A stretch of DNA of 64,000 nt from Octopus bimaculoides (taxonomy: Eukaryota): positions 37,587,417 to 37,651,416 of the forward strand of contig NC_068990.1 in NCBI RefSeq assembly GCF_001194135.2, given 5' to 3'. The notes beneath the pieces were generated by a model. The model had not been told where the DNA came from. It saw only the letters and a program-made list of their open reading frames with translations, and did no database searches. This document shows positions 1 through 13,199 of this stretch, one piece after another (positions within the stretch are counted from its first letter, which is position 1; each line of letters opens with the position of its first letter). Position numbers and translations under genes: made by a program.

Positions 1-1129
1 GAAGAGAGAATACTAATTATTTTTGAAGCATTTAAATGTTGAGTAAAGAAATTAGCACCACAGGATTTGTAAGAAAGGTGTCAGTAACAATGTCAGAAAG
101 ACGTGATGAATCATTGAAGTATTAAGGTAAAAGCTGTATGGTGCCAGAAGAATTCAGTATAAGATCAAAAGTGAATTTGGAAACAAAACACACTGTATGA
201 CAAGTTATTGTTTAACTGCATATCACTACTGATTGAATAGACTCAGTGTTAAAAATGTTACAATATATGCCATCCTGCATTTGATAACCAATGTGCTCCT
301 CTTTTTTTGTTGAGATGCTGGAGTATATTTTGAGTGTGATGTCATAATAGCTATTTCTAACAGGTTAGATGACCATGTAGAAGTTCCTTTTATTTGTTCA
401 GAGAGATGGCTGGAAATGTTAAGATTTTAAAATTACAATCAGTCTTAACAGAATCCTTTTAGAGGCTAAATCAGAGAACAAATGCTATTAGCTATGATTT
501 TTCGCAGAAAATCTGAAATTAATGGGAAGCAGGAAGTCATAATCAAACTGCAGGCCTGACCTGAACACCTGTAATGGTGGGAACGTCACTAAAGTACCCA
601 AGGACAAATTAGTGGGGTTGAACTAATGGCAGATTAATTCTACTCAAACTATGTGATTCCAGGCAGTTTTTTTTCTCTACCCACTCTCACAAGTAAAATT
701 TGGTTTTGTCTAGGACTGTAGTGTAAGGAACTTATTCAGTGTGTCACAGAACAGAAGGAAGATTGAGATTACTACCAAGTGATTGTAAATCAAATTTCTT
801 AACAACACAGCCATACCTCATTTTGGCACATATATTTCAAACACAGAAAGATGAACCAACAAGAGCACCTCTATATCGTTGATCATTCAGTTTGCAATCC
901 TACTATCTTAAAAAAGTAAGTTAGAAGGTACCATACAAGTTCTCTCCACACAAGGAAAAGACAGAATGGTAACAGCTAGAAAATCTTTGACCATAAATTT
1001 GCCCTCATCAGAGCTGACCTGGGGTTAGGCAATAACAAACAACGACAATACTTGAAGAGTTTAAAAAGAAAATTACTGCAGAATTCTGAAGTTTCAGAAA
1101 TACATATTGTAGCTGACTAACTTTCAATT

Positions 1130-1685
1130 ATACTCTGAATCACTTAAGGTGTCTAGGCAGCAAGTTGCCTATAAGGATAAATTCAGCTACCTATGCTTCT
1201 ATGTTATCAGATGTTTTAGAACCATCAATTGCTAAATTGCATCCAGGAGTGTCAAAAAAACAGTGTTATCTTTCAACAGGACAACATTCCATGTCATAGG
1301 CAAAGAATACTCATCAATGTTCGAGACACAAGGTATTGTTCCCACGGACTGTCCAGCTCAAAGTCCCAATATAAATCTAATTGAACACCTATGGGGAACT
1401 CTTGGTGAAGCTATCAGGAACACAACAATTGAAAATAAAGAACGTTTGTACCAAATGTTAAGAGAGGAATGGAGTAAAATTGCACCTAGCACCCGCAAGA
1501 AACTAGTTGATTCAATGCCTAACCGTATAAAAGCTGTATTTGATGCTAAAGGAGGGTCAGCCACATATTAAAACTAATCTATATTGCGACATATACCATA
1601 ATCTACCATGTGCACAAGTTTCATTAACATTGAAATAGCAGAACCCCAAAATATTGGGGTGGCCTAATACTTTTGGCCAAGGCTG
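1130..1685 (+). mobile_element. Tc1-family (DD34E-type) DNA transposon, 3' remnant with frameshifted transposase and right TIR
   Basis: Translation gives ...VIFQQDNIPCH (frameshift) ...CPAQSPNINLIEHLWGTL...LREEWSKI...LVDSMPNRIKAVFDAKGG, matching the Tc1 FQQDNAPCH / SPDLNPIENLW / SMP.R..AVI.AKGG motifs. It ends in GGGGTGGCCTAATACTTTTGGCCAAGGCTG followed by TA (1686-1687). No left end was seen. Confidence 0.88.
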
Positions 1686-2767
1686 TACACCTATCATTTT
1701 TAAGCATTCTTTGAACTAGCAATGACAAATTTTATAGTAAGACTTTTTTTCTCATAAAATTCTGCTATTGCCAGATTTTTAACCAAACTTCTTAGAATAC
1801 TGTAGAAGTAATTCATCCGTATTTGATTGGTACCTTGTTTTGCCACGTTTTCTGTTATAAACCTTCTGCATTAATGATTACATATTTTTAGTTATATATG
1901 TATGTATTTGATCCCTCCTGCAAAGTACTTTCGCAACCAATACAAACATATATTATACAGCCTTTAGGTTCTTCAAATGGAATTTCTTATATCTCCTCTC
2001 CAATCTAGCATGGATTCTGTTACATGGTATAATATTTAATTGTTCTGAGATTCTTCTCAAGATGCACAGTTTAATAATTTTTCCTAATTTTTTTCTTCCC
2101 AGGATCTCTAACAAAGATTCTGCTATGCCAAGGTTTAGTTTACATTGGTTAGCATAAAGCATATTAAAACTTTTGGTTTATTTCTTATTCGATTTCGGTA
2201 TTAGCTGCATCATATAGAATAAAACAATTTCCTTATTATATATGTTCTTTTGAATTCTCAGAAGAATCAGTTTTGCTTCATAAAAGACATCCTGTTGGGT
2301 TGTTCTCTGTTGGAATTTTTGGGGATAATGAACCTCTGCTTGAATAGTTCTACTGTCATAAGGAAAGTTTTGCTAATCAAATTATATTTTCATCTGAGGG
2401 TCAACTTTTTGACCATGCCACACCACACCATGTCATGCCATACCAGCAACATCAGAAACCACCATTGTCATCATATTTTCAACAGTTTTATGTAAGTTTA
2501 TTAATGCACCATTAGGTGTCCATCCCTGTTCCTAAGATGTGTAACCGCATTATTATTTAGGGATGTAGAAATGTGTTTGTATGCTACATTAATTTTTGCT
2601 TTGTTATGGGCGTTTCTTTTGTTTTTGCTTATTCTAGTATTTTGTTTGTTGTACATATGTAATGAGAGTTATTTTATATTGCAAGGTAACAACTGGGCAG
2701 AGTACAAGTTATGTTTCAATCGTTGCATTCAGAGCAATGGGTGTCAATTATGTAATAGTACACATTA

Positions 2768-2872
2768 AGGCAGTGAACTAGCAGAGTTATTAGAGCTTTG
2801 GATAGACTACCATATGCTATTTGTTCCAGTTCTCTGCATTCTGAGTTCAAATCTCACTGAGGTCAACATTGG
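2768..2872 (+). mobile_element. Degenerate SINE (family C) 5' part
   Basis: aaggcagtgaactagcagag...ttctgagttcaaatctcactgaggtcaac resembles the head and B-box of the young family C copy at 35213-35451. Confidence 0.6.
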
Positions 2873-2986
2873 CTTACATCTTTCCTAGTTCTATTTCAAT
2901 AAAAACTAACATCTTACATCTTTCCTAGTTCTAGTTCAATAAAAACTTACACCTTAAATCTTTCCTAGTTCTAGTTCAATAAAAAC
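2873..2986 (+). repeat. 40-bp tandem repeat, about 3 copies
   Basis: Unit CTTACATCTTTCCTAGTTCTA(T/G)TTCAATAAAAAC(TAACAT) starts at 2873, 2913 and 2953. Confidence 0.9.
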
Positions 2987-3245
2987 AGTTCCAGTTCAAA
3001 GCAGTTCTAATCCAAAGCAGTGGATTGGTAGAAACATCAGAGCATTGGACAAGATGCATTGCAAGTTCAAATCCCATTCTGTCATTAAAAAAATGATGAT
3101 ACAGCTGTCAAGAGTTGTGGCTGACAGATAATATTAGCAATTTCAAAAATCAATGTATATTTTTGGGGTTTCAGATGGATAATTTTACTGCTGCACATTT
3201 TGTGTTATTTTACTGTGCTGATTGGGTAGAGTATGTGCTGTGCAT

Positions 3246-3518
3246 GAAGGCATGTGGCCTAATGGTTAGGCTGCTACATTCACAATCATTAGATCATGGG
3301 TTCAGTTCCCTGACAGGGCAGCATATTGTGTTCTTGAGAAAAACACTTCATTTCACATTGCTCCAATCCCTCTTTCGATCAGGGTGGAATGTTGGCCTGC
3401 TCTCCAAGCCAGCGGGGTGGTGTTATTTGAAGGCTAAAACAATGCAAAAATGCACTGTGACCAGCAATATGTAACAGCATTTGATAGTCTGGTTGGTCAC
3501 ATGATCACGTCATGTGAT
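3246..3518 (+). mobile_element. tRNA-derived SINE, family B (tail type 1, ending in ggtcacgtgat-like repeats)
   Basis: A-box-like tggcctaatgg, B-box-like gggttcagttcc, a central ttgtgttcttgagaaaaacacttcatttcacattgctcc block, and a tail shared with 18750-19018 and 4368-4615. Confidence 0.8.
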
Positions 3519-3824
3519 ATGTCGTGCTATGTTACTTTGTGTTGAGTCCATAGAATATGTAATGTGTGACTTGTGTTATTTTATTGAGTTCCTACTGCAC
3601 AAAGCGTACAATGTGATTTATGGCATTGAATTAATAATGTCTTGTGTTGGATGTCGGCCATTTCAACTTGTGTAAGGTTGGTAACCCTTTTAAGGTGTTT
3701 TAAAAATACTTTTGTTCATCTTCTTTATTGTTTTTAATACTCCACTTCTTTTTAGTACAGATTATACTTTCATACCTAACATCGTTTTTATTTCAATTTT
3801 AAGATTGCTATACTTAGACAATAT

Positions 3825-4095
3825 GGAGGCACGTGGCTTAGTGGTTAGGGTGTCATGATGGTAAGTGGTTAGGGTGTCATGATGGTAAGATTGTTGTTTC
3901 AATTCCTGGACCAGGCGATGCATTGTGTTCTTGAGCAAAACATTTCATTTCACGTTGCTCCAGTCCACTCAGCTGGCAAAAATGAATAATGCTGCGATGG
4001 ACTGGCATCCCGTCCAGCTGGGGAACACATACACCATTGAAACTGGGAAACCGGGCCCATGAGCCTGGTTAGGCTTTAAAAAGGGTGCATTTATT
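3825..4095 (+). mobile_element. tRNA-derived SINE, family B (tail type 2) with an internal 24-bp duplication
   Basis: Head ggaggcacgtggcttagtggttaggg and the same central block as other B copies, but a different tail (...aaaaagggtgcatttattt). AGTGGTTAGGGTGTCATGATGGTA is duplicated at 3840 and 3864. Confidence 0.8.
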
Positions 4096-4367
4096 TCATT
4101 TATATTATATCTAGACAATATCTTCACTGCCCTTTGGGTGATATTTTGATCAGAGAGGATCACAATAGCTATCATCATTATCATCATGATGATCGGTGTT
4201 AGAATCATTATCATTCTTATCAAGTATCAACATCACCATCACATCATCACTCCCATAACCACCACCACCATTATGAGCATTAACAGCAGCAACAGCATTA
4301 CTCATCACCAAACCATCATCAACATTAATACTATAATTAACCATTACAGGGTTCTATTGTAACTACA

Positions 4368-4615
4368 TGGTCACATGATGACATGATCACATGATCACAG
4401 ACAATCAGATGTTGCTACACATTGTTGGTTACAATGCGCTTTGCACCATTTTAGCCTTCAAACAATGTTACTCCACTGGCTAGGAAAACAGACTAACATT
4501 CTCCCTTGATTGAAAGGGGACTGGAGCAAAAACGAAGTGCCTTGCTCAAGAACACAATGTCCTACTTGGTCAGATCTACCACTTGTAAGTGTAACTTTCA
4601 AACTATTAGGCAAAA
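4368..4615 (-). mobile_element. SINE family B (tail type 1), reverse orientation, degenerate
   Basis: Reverse complement of the 3246-3518 tail and core (tcacatgatcac...attttagccttcaaac...cttgctcaagaacacaatg). Confidence 0.7.
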
Positions 4616-4852
4616 CTATCAGTTACATGGTCCTGTAACTAAATGACACATTTTTAACTAATCGAAACTGAGTGATTGAGAACCTGAAAAAGAAATCCTG
4701 AACATCTACTATAATAATACGCTTGTGTTTTTCTCCATCACAATATATGAATGAGAAAGGAAGGGGTGATGGCAAACTGGTAGTGGGAGCATTTCAACTC
4801 TGTGTGAGTATATGTGTGTGTATGTAAAAGGGAGGTATGTGAGTGTGTGTGT

Positions 4853-4895
<43 letters not shown>

Positions 4896-5375
4896 ATGGA
4901 AGTGGGATGGTGAACATTCAACGCTGAAAAGAAAAATCAAACTGCATTTCAACTCTATGTGAGTATATATGTATATGTGTGTGCATGTACAAGGAAAGTA
5001 TGTAAAAGTATGTCTGAACCAGCATTCTTTCAGTAACAAATGATGATCGATGTCACATCTGAAAAGACAACCACTAGATAACATTGACAAGTGTACTAAT
5101 TTGATTTACCATCCATATTTATATATAAAATATACAATTAGCCATCATTTTTGATGGCACAGGGCCAGCTAGTAATATAATAGAATTTAACCTTTGGATT
5201 GTTTTAGTGTAGTCCACTCTGCTGCAAGCATTGTCATCAATTATTTGTTCTTTTTGTTCTCTTACCTGCAGCAACAACCCAATAGTTGACAAACTAACGA
5301 GGAAGTTTTATATCTTTATTGGATCAAACATAATACCAAACAAAATACCAGACAAAAATTCCTCTACTCTCTTAG

Positions 5376-5451
5376 NNNNNNNNNNNNNNNNNNNNNNNNN
5401 NNNNNNNNNNNNNNNNNNNNNNNNNNNNNNNNNNNNNNNNNNNNNNNNNNN
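5376..5451. other. Assembly gap (first of 11). Others: 7122-7204, 7557-7566, 21909-22201, 23860-23869, 28732-28965, 30165-30851, 36873-36882, 41384-41694, 43337-43548, 48474-49002
   Basis: Runs of N, nearly all abutting microsatellites or SINE-internal repeats. Confidence 0.99.
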
Positions 5452-5548
<97 letters not shown>

Positions 5549-5570
5549 GAAAGAGAGAGAGAGAGAGAGA
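5452..5570 (+). repeat. (AG)n microsatellite
   Basis: Direct reading; source of the ERERER/SLSLSL pseudo-ORFs. Confidence 0.97.
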
Positions 5571-5659
5571 AAATGGTGATAAAGATGCACTGGGGTGCTG
5601 CAAAACACCTGTTTCTGTCCTTTTTATCAGTCGTTAACCTTGCATCAGCCAGCAAGGCT

Positions 5660-5919
5660 TACATCCCTCAGTACGACTCTTCACTAAGTTGAAGAGTCTT
5701 GACTCGCAAGTTACTTGGTGACTTCACTGATGCTAATTCCACAAAAACACCCAGCATATTCTGTGTTGTGTTTGGCTGCTTTCAAGAAGGGCATCCAGCG
5801 ATAGCAAGCATGCTAAAGCAGAATATGGAGCTTCATGCATTCTTCTAGCTCACCAGCACCTGGCAAACTATCCAACCCATGCCAGCAAGGAAAGCAGACA
5901 TTAAATGAGGATGATGATA
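5660..5919 (+). mobile_element. Retroposon family D (RTE-like 3' end or SINE tail), degenerate
   Basis: gaagggcatccagc...ccaacccatgccagca.ggaaagcagacattaaatga(tga)n, shared with the other D copies. Confidence 0.65.
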
Positions 5920-6163
5920 TGTCATGCGTGAAACAAAGACAACCTTGATTTGGCTTAAAATCTTTGATTATAGGTTCTGCCGATAAGGGAGGAACTGAAA
6001 TGCAATAACAGTCACCCACAAAACCAATCAAAAATAATGTAGACTCACCCTCTAAGTCTTTACTCTCTCTGTGATAGGTCATTGGGTGCTTCCACTTTGC
6101 ATCTAAGTTGACAATTAAAACATAAAACTAATTCTTCAATAATGAAGCCTTGTGTAAATATAA

Positions 6164-6194
<31 letters not shown>

Positions 6195-6426
6195 TTTGTA
6201 CACTGATTACAGCTATAAATTTTCAATTAATAAAAGTCACTGATTCCTGTGTAAGTAGCAAGTACTATCTAACACTTCAGACAAAATTGGCAAAATCCTT
6301 TATTAAAAGGATAGATAATTACTAATTATTTTGGTATGAAATAAAAAAACATGTGCCACATTATGGGAATGAAAAGATATACGAAATTTCTCCATGAGAT
6401 TTAATATAAATGCGTATATGTATGTG

Positions 6427-6468
<42 letters not shown>

Positions 6469-6869
6469 TTCATAAATATATCTCTCTCTCACTCTCTCTC
6501 TTTCCTTCTGTCTGTATATATATTTATATATAAACATATGTATATACATATATATATATATATACACACACACATGCACACACACATATATCTATATACT
6601 ATATACATAAATTTATAGATATATATGTGTATGTATCTGTGTGTGTATATGCATAATCTATGAATACATATTTCTGTTGAATAAATATTTTACATACTTT
6701 TCACTTTCTTCACTTCACATATGTAGACTCATAAGCTTCCATCTTTTATTGTCTTTACATGTATACACCCACGCAAATATAATACATACATAATTATATA
6801 CATATGTACATAAATATACATATGCGCATGTATATAGCTATAAACATTTATATGTATGTATGTATCTCT

Positions 6870-6909
<40 letters not shown>

Positions 6910-7566
6910 GTATATATATATCAGGGAGATGGGTGGAGTTGTGTTGTCAAGAGAAATTATTTTTTATTTAATTGTTTCCTAACTTCAAAAAGCAAGGGTG
7001 AACATCTTTTAATTACACTGTGTGAGTTAATTTACCTATCCCCCTCCCTACCACCTCATTCATAAATGCACATGTATTGCTGAACTCACATGCACACATG
7101 TATGCAGATACATATGAATCCNNNNNNNNNNNNNNNNNNNNNNNNNNNNNNNNNNNNNNNNNNNNNNNNNNNNNNNNNNNNNNNNNNNNNNNNNNNNNNN
7201 NNNNATATATATATGTATGTATATGTAAGTATATATTTGTATATATATATATATAAGTATATATTTGTATAAATATATATGTATATGTATGTATGTATAT
7301 TTGTATATACATACATATATATATACATACATATATATATGTGTGTGTGTGTGTGTATGTATATATGTATATGTTTAGGAATATGCACATGCACATATAT
7401 ATGTGCACACCCATATCTATCTATATCTATGTGTGTGTGCATGTGTTTTTGTATTACTATATATTAGAATCTTTTCCTGTTTTGTTATTTGATATATGTA
7501 TGTGTATATATATATATATATATATACACACTATACATATATATTTATGTATACACNNNNNNNNNN

Positions 7567-7604
<38 letters not shown>

Positions 7605-7769
7605 GCATACTTACTTATTTCATTGGTATTTATCTCATTCTTTTAACAATAAATAACATCAAATGAGACATGAAATCTGTGAAATGGTTTTCTCTAAGAA
7701 ATAATACACATAGTTTTGTTGGTTGTTTTTCGTTCTGTATTTGATATAACAAGTCACTTTCTATTGATG

Positions 7770-7892
7770 TTGTTCTTGTTATTAATATTATCATCATCAT
7801 TATTTTAATCATTATCATTTTCATTACTATTATTATTATTATTATCATTATTATTATCACTATCATTATTATTATTATTATCATTATCACTA

Positions 7893-7935
<43 letters not shown>
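7770..7935 (+). repeat. (ATT)/(ATC) compound microsatellite
   Basis: Direct reading. Confidence 0.95.
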
Positions 7936-8348
7936 CTGATAATATAACATTTTCTCTCAACATATTTTTGCTTCATGATATTACTTAATTTTGCATGTGT
8001 GTGTATGTGTATGTGTATGGTATATGTGTGTGTGTTTTGTATGTAATGACATACACACACACGTATGCACACTATATACACATACACATGTAGGCATGCG
8101 TATACAGATATAAGTTTTTACAACATGCATCTTTTTAATCACACGTATCTTTTTACTTTTTTCCTTTTGTCTTATCTTTCATTCATCGTCTTTTCATAGT
8201 TTTTTTGTTATATTTATTTAATTAAATCTTTATTCTTTATTGCAGTAAAAATCAAACAGAAATCCACTAACAGAACAAAACACAAATACACACATGCATA
8301 CATATATATATATATGTGTGTGTATATATATATATGTATGCAAGTATT

Positions 8349-8406
<58 letters not shown>

Positions 8407-8973
8407 TATTTATATGTGCACATGTGTGTGCATGTATGTAAACACATACACATGTGTGTGTATGCAAATACATGAGTATGTTCTATACCATCTGTGTAAT
8501 TACAGACTCAATTGTTTCACATGTGGGCTTAATTAATTTAACAAACTAATTAAGCTGAGCTTTTGTTGACGACTAAAAATTTTCGAAAGAATTAATATTG
8601 CAGTATTTTCTGTCGCTTTTTTTTTTGTATTTGTATGTGCATGTGTGTATCATATGTGTCTATATGCTTTTGTGTGTGTGTGTTTGTATGTGTGTGTTTC
8701 TGCCATTACATTTTCATTCTAATTCCCAGTCTGCCCCACCTCTTCTTTTTATTTATTGTTTTTAATATTTATCAACGTTTTTATTTATTTATTTATTTGG
8801 TTTTTGTTCTTCGTCAAGTTCATCAAAATGACTCTAACAGTAAACTCAATCAATAGCTAACAGTTAATGATTACACTTAATTAACAAACACTGATCAATT
8901 TTCTATCTGAAACAACAAAAGAATTAAAATAAACATAGACATACACACACACATCTATAGACAGACACATCAC

Positions 8974-9011
<38 letters not shown>

Positions 9012-9967
9012 AAACAATGTACATATCTCTATCTCTGCTTCTGTTTTCATTCCTACATTGTCTCTTTATGTATGTATGTATGCATGCAAGTGTGCTTGTA
9101 TGTATGTATGTGTATGTGTGTGTGTATATATATATATATATGTATATATTTATATACATGCACACATACATATATACTCATACCTACACGTACACAATTA
9201 TGCATACACATATATACGCACATATACATATATTTAAATACATAAATATATAAATACATATATGTATGTAAATCTGTCTCCCTCCCCTTGTCTGTGTGTA
9301 TGTATATATGCACACAGATGCACGTATATATGTATGAACATGTATATACATGCATGTGTACAACACACACAAATGCACACAAGTCTAAATAAAATTTGCT
9401 TTAATACAGAAATCAAAGGAACCACAAAAGAAAAAGCAAGACAAAACAAAAGCAAGAAATGTGAGAAATGATGGAAAATGATGCGAAAGATGAAATAAGA
9501 ATTTATAGAAGCAAGAAAATGAGGAAGACAAAGACAGTTACATCAATAATTTACAAACACAACTGTGAATTAAAGAAATAAAACTTTCAGAATCAAAGAG
9601 AAATGGTGGAGTAGTTGTGTCTTCATCTTCTATTATAGTTCCACTTACATCTAAGATACTTTATATAAATTTGTACACAGAAACTCATATATGACTGGTA
9701 CTTTATTTTAATACCACAAACAAATTCTCTGGCTGGTGCTGTATCAATCTGGCCAGTTTTCTGGCATCCATGGTGAGTCTATTTTAGCATATAATAATAA
9801 TAATAATAATGGTTCTATTTTATACTATACTTAGATACAGTATATGTTGACAGAATTGAGATAACTGTTGTTGTTTCCCCCTCAGAGAACCCTGACCATG
9901 TTGACCAATGAATAAAAATATTTCAGTCTTGTCTATACTGTCTTTTATTCAGATGTAGTGTTTTTAA

Positions 9968-10181
9968 CCCTTTTGATACCAACCCAGCTCAGACCACCAT
10001 TGGTTCTATGATACAAACTTACATTTGCGGTGATCTCACAGAAAACCTTCCATCAAAATTTCAAGTTATGTTCCAAATACCAGATTAATTATGACAGTTA
10101 TTTTTACTAAATTGTTCATTAGTTTTAAAATTAATTGAAGCAAAGGATCTATATCCAGACAGAGGTTTGGAACTGAAAGGG
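9968..10181. mobile_element. piggyBac-type MITE (copy 1)
   Basis: TTAA|CCCTTTTGATACCA ... TGGAACTGAAAGGG|TTAA, with TTAA at 9964-9967 and 10182-10185. Internal sequence is homologous to 33241-33457. Confidence 0.85.
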
Positions 10182-10506
10182 TTAAAACTGCCAGACAATA
10201 TAACTTGGTCTTTTCGACTATATGATGCCTTGAAGATCAGACAAAAATATTATTACTGCATTTCATATGAAAGAAAAAAATTTATGAGATTCCTTACATG
10301 GAGAGATCAAAAATTAACAGTGCACTTCACTTAGAAAGTTTATAAAATGCTATGTTTTAAAGTTAAAAATTTGAAAAAAATATATAACGAAAAATATATA
10401 AAACTATTGTTTACATTGTTAATTAATTACACTTGTATATAATAAAATAATAAAACATTTCACAAAATACTCAGGCAGTAGATTAGATTTTCTAAAACCC
10501 TATATT

Positions 10507-10713
10507 GTGGCTGTTGCCAGTACCGCCTGACTGGCACATAAAAGCACCCACTACACTCTCTGAGTGTTTGGCATTAGGAAGGGAATCCAGCTGTAGAAAC
10601 TCTGCCAAATCAGATTGGAGCCTGGTGTAGCCATCTGGTTTCACCAGCCCTCAGTCAAATCGTCCAACCCATGCTAGCATGGAAAGCGGACGTTAAATGA
10701 TGACGATGACGAT
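10507..10713 (+). mobile_element. Retroposon family D
   Basis: aaagcacccactacactctc.gagtg.ttggcattaggaaggg.atccagctgtagaaac...ccaacccatgctagcatggaaagcggacgttaaatgatgacgatg. Confidence 0.85.
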
Positions 10714-10872
10714 TGTCTTTTAAAATTGTGTGGCCTTCTAACTCATGAAACCATACCTTTTATAAGCCATTGATATGGGATGATTTCTGTTATGTAGGAG
10801 TATTGTCATGACTATGTAGGAGATCTGTTGGTTTGTCAGATGACAGAATTACTTTAAGCAGGTTCAGCAGCA

Positions 10873-11070
10873 GCATCATCATTTAATGTTCACTCTCCAT
10901 GCTGGCATGGGTTAGACAGTTTGACTGGAGCTGACGAGCCAGAGAGCTGAACCAGGTTCCAGTTCCATTTGGCAAGGTTGCTACGACTAGATGCCCTTCC
11001 TGATGCAAACCACTCCAGGAGTGTAATGGGTGCTTTTATGTGCCATCTGCAAGGGTGCCATTTACATCTG
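10873..11070 (-). mobile_element. Retroposon family D, reverse orientation
   Basis: catcatcatttaatgtt...ccatgctggcatgggtt...gatgcccttcc...gtgtaatgggtgcttttatgtgcc is the reverse complement of the D consensus. Confidence 0.8.
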
Positions 11071-12663
11071 TGCCTATTCATTTTGCCTCTTTTTCCATAG
11101 AGAAGAACTATGTTGAGGTGGCATTCATGGTTTCTGAAGAACTGAACATAGGAGAGGCCAGGTGATATGGTGTTGGCATAAAGTAGGCATAGAGAGATCG
11201 ACATAATGATGCTTTGACATAATGATAGAGTTCTTAGAGCGTTGGGGGAAATGTTGTGTAATATTTATTCTAACTTCTCCCATTGTGAGTTCAAATCTCA
11301 CTGATACCAACCCTGCCTTTCATCCTTTTGGGGTCAATAAATAAAGTACAAGTCTAGGCCAGTAGACTAAGGGAATCGTTACAGTATCAAATGGAAAGCC
11401 TTGTAACATTTGCTACAGTTCATTGCATTCTTGGTTCAGATCCTACTATTACATATTGATACATGGATGAGTGACATAATCTGTTACCTCTTTTATTTGA
11501 ACCTTAGATGTTTCAGCAGAACCCAGTCTATCACAAACATTCATGTTGGATCCTTCTACCAATCTTGGGGGCTTTGTAAAAGGTCATGGGAACAATCTTC
11601 CATCTGACTACACGATAAAAAAGCAAAAAAAAAAGCAAAAACAAATAGACCATGTGATCAACAGGGATTAGCCAGCCACGTGGAATCTACCCACTTAATA
11701 ACCTATATGCCATGCAATTTAGCCCTGATCACTGACCTGAGCATTATAGCATAAAGTACTCTGCTCACATAAATAATTAAACATCAGTTGTTAATTCGAA
11801 AGTAAAAAGTTATTGGACAGCAATTTCAAATCTGCAAACTATCTTTTATTATAAATGATACTACATGGTAAGAGGATAGTCATCAAATTTAAAGTGCTGT
11901 CATTATTGTTGTTTAACTTGAAGTCCGTCCTCACCAAGGAAATTTATTATAAAAGGAATTGTATAAGAGATCATTTCCAGCTTTTCTTTTAGACATAATG
12001 TACCCAAAACCTTCATTGTTCAAAGTGTTCATTAGTTTAAACTAGGGAAAACAACTTGATGCAAGTTGAGAAAAATTTGACTACTATTTCTAACAGAATG
12101 GTAACAGAATGGTGAGCCTCTTTTTGGTTAGCAACGATGATGATTCAGTCCCTTATTGCTTCAAATATTGTTTCCAATACATGGAATAATTTAAGAGATT
12201 CTAGCACGATGGCTTGTGTTAATGAAAGGTGTAGAGAGGAGTAAAAATCTATTTAGAATTTAAATGATGCACACTAATGTTGCTACTGGCCATGAACAAA
12301 CAAATCAGTGAGACATGAATATATGATATAAGTTCTTATAACATTCCAAATCATTTACTTTCAAAGGTCCAGAACACAACTGTAGTGTTCAAAGCTTTAA
12401 GCCATTGGGAGAGAAAGATATCCTCCTGGTTATGTGAAATAAGCCTATCAAATGTAGTTTTACTTCTGGAGGAAAGTACAACTTAATATTACGAGTCATC
12501 AAAACATGCTTGACACTTTGTCAGTTCTGCTTACTATTTATGGAAAATATTATTAGGAGTCTTTCATCTACATTGTTATCGTCGTTGTCGTCACTAACTA
12601 AAGGTAGCAATGAGGTCTTTCTTAAATTTACCAAGAGTAACTCATCACTACCTTTAGTCAATT

Positions 12664-13190
12664 AGGTTTCAAAACCACTGTCACTACCAGTCTGTCAAAA
12701 GATTTTTTTGTTTTAGATGTTTCCCTGGATCTAAACTTTCACTTTTATAAACCCTACCTAAGCCCAACAAGAAACATTCCTACAGGCAGTCCTGCCACCC
12801 ACCTATAGTGTTTAAAACTTGATAAGCTAACATTAGCAACAAGATATCCAACCTCTCTTCTTCTAAACAAATTTTTGATAAGGCAGACCCCAACAATAAG
12901 AATGTCCTAGCTAACAGTGGTTTCAAAGATAAATTATGCTACAACCCTTCTAATAATAATACAAATAATAAAAATTCAAGAACAGACCTGGGAAAAGCAT
13001 CTGGTTCACACCCCGCTTCCTTCTCCCTAAATGTTATAACTAACATAGGTAAAAGATTCCTGTCTCTATAAAATAAGCATTTCCCAGAGAATCACAAATA
13101 CAGAAAGATCTTTAAAAGATGCTCAGTTAAATTATTCTATAGCAGCTGCCCCAATATGAAGAGCATCATTATCGGCTAACACCACCAAGA
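12664..13190 (+). mobile_element. Penelope-like element (PLE) RT thumb/linker remnant, Naiad/Neptune-like, with stops and frameshifts
   Basis: Translation gives ..VLDVSLDL..YKPY...SCHPP...NISNKISNLSSSKQIFDKA...VLANSGFKDKLCYNP...IWFTPRF(frameshift)SLNVITNIGKRFLSL*NKHFPENHKYRKIFKRCSVKLFYSSCPNMKSII. This matches the PLE pattern FLDVTLDL / SNHPP / IWFNPPFS.NV.TNIGK.FL.L..KHFP. Confidence 0.85.
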
Positions 13191-13199
13191 TCCCACTCC

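Noticed and set aside
1953-2460. Long nearly open minus-strand frame, a possible decayed TE protein
   Set aside because: No motif that I could assign to a family.
6361-9471. Numerous [12 protein letters not shown] ORFs here and throughout (e.g. 28-31 kb, 36-38 kb, 48-49 kb, 62-63 kb)
   Set aside because: They are translations of dinucleotide microsatellites or N-gaps.
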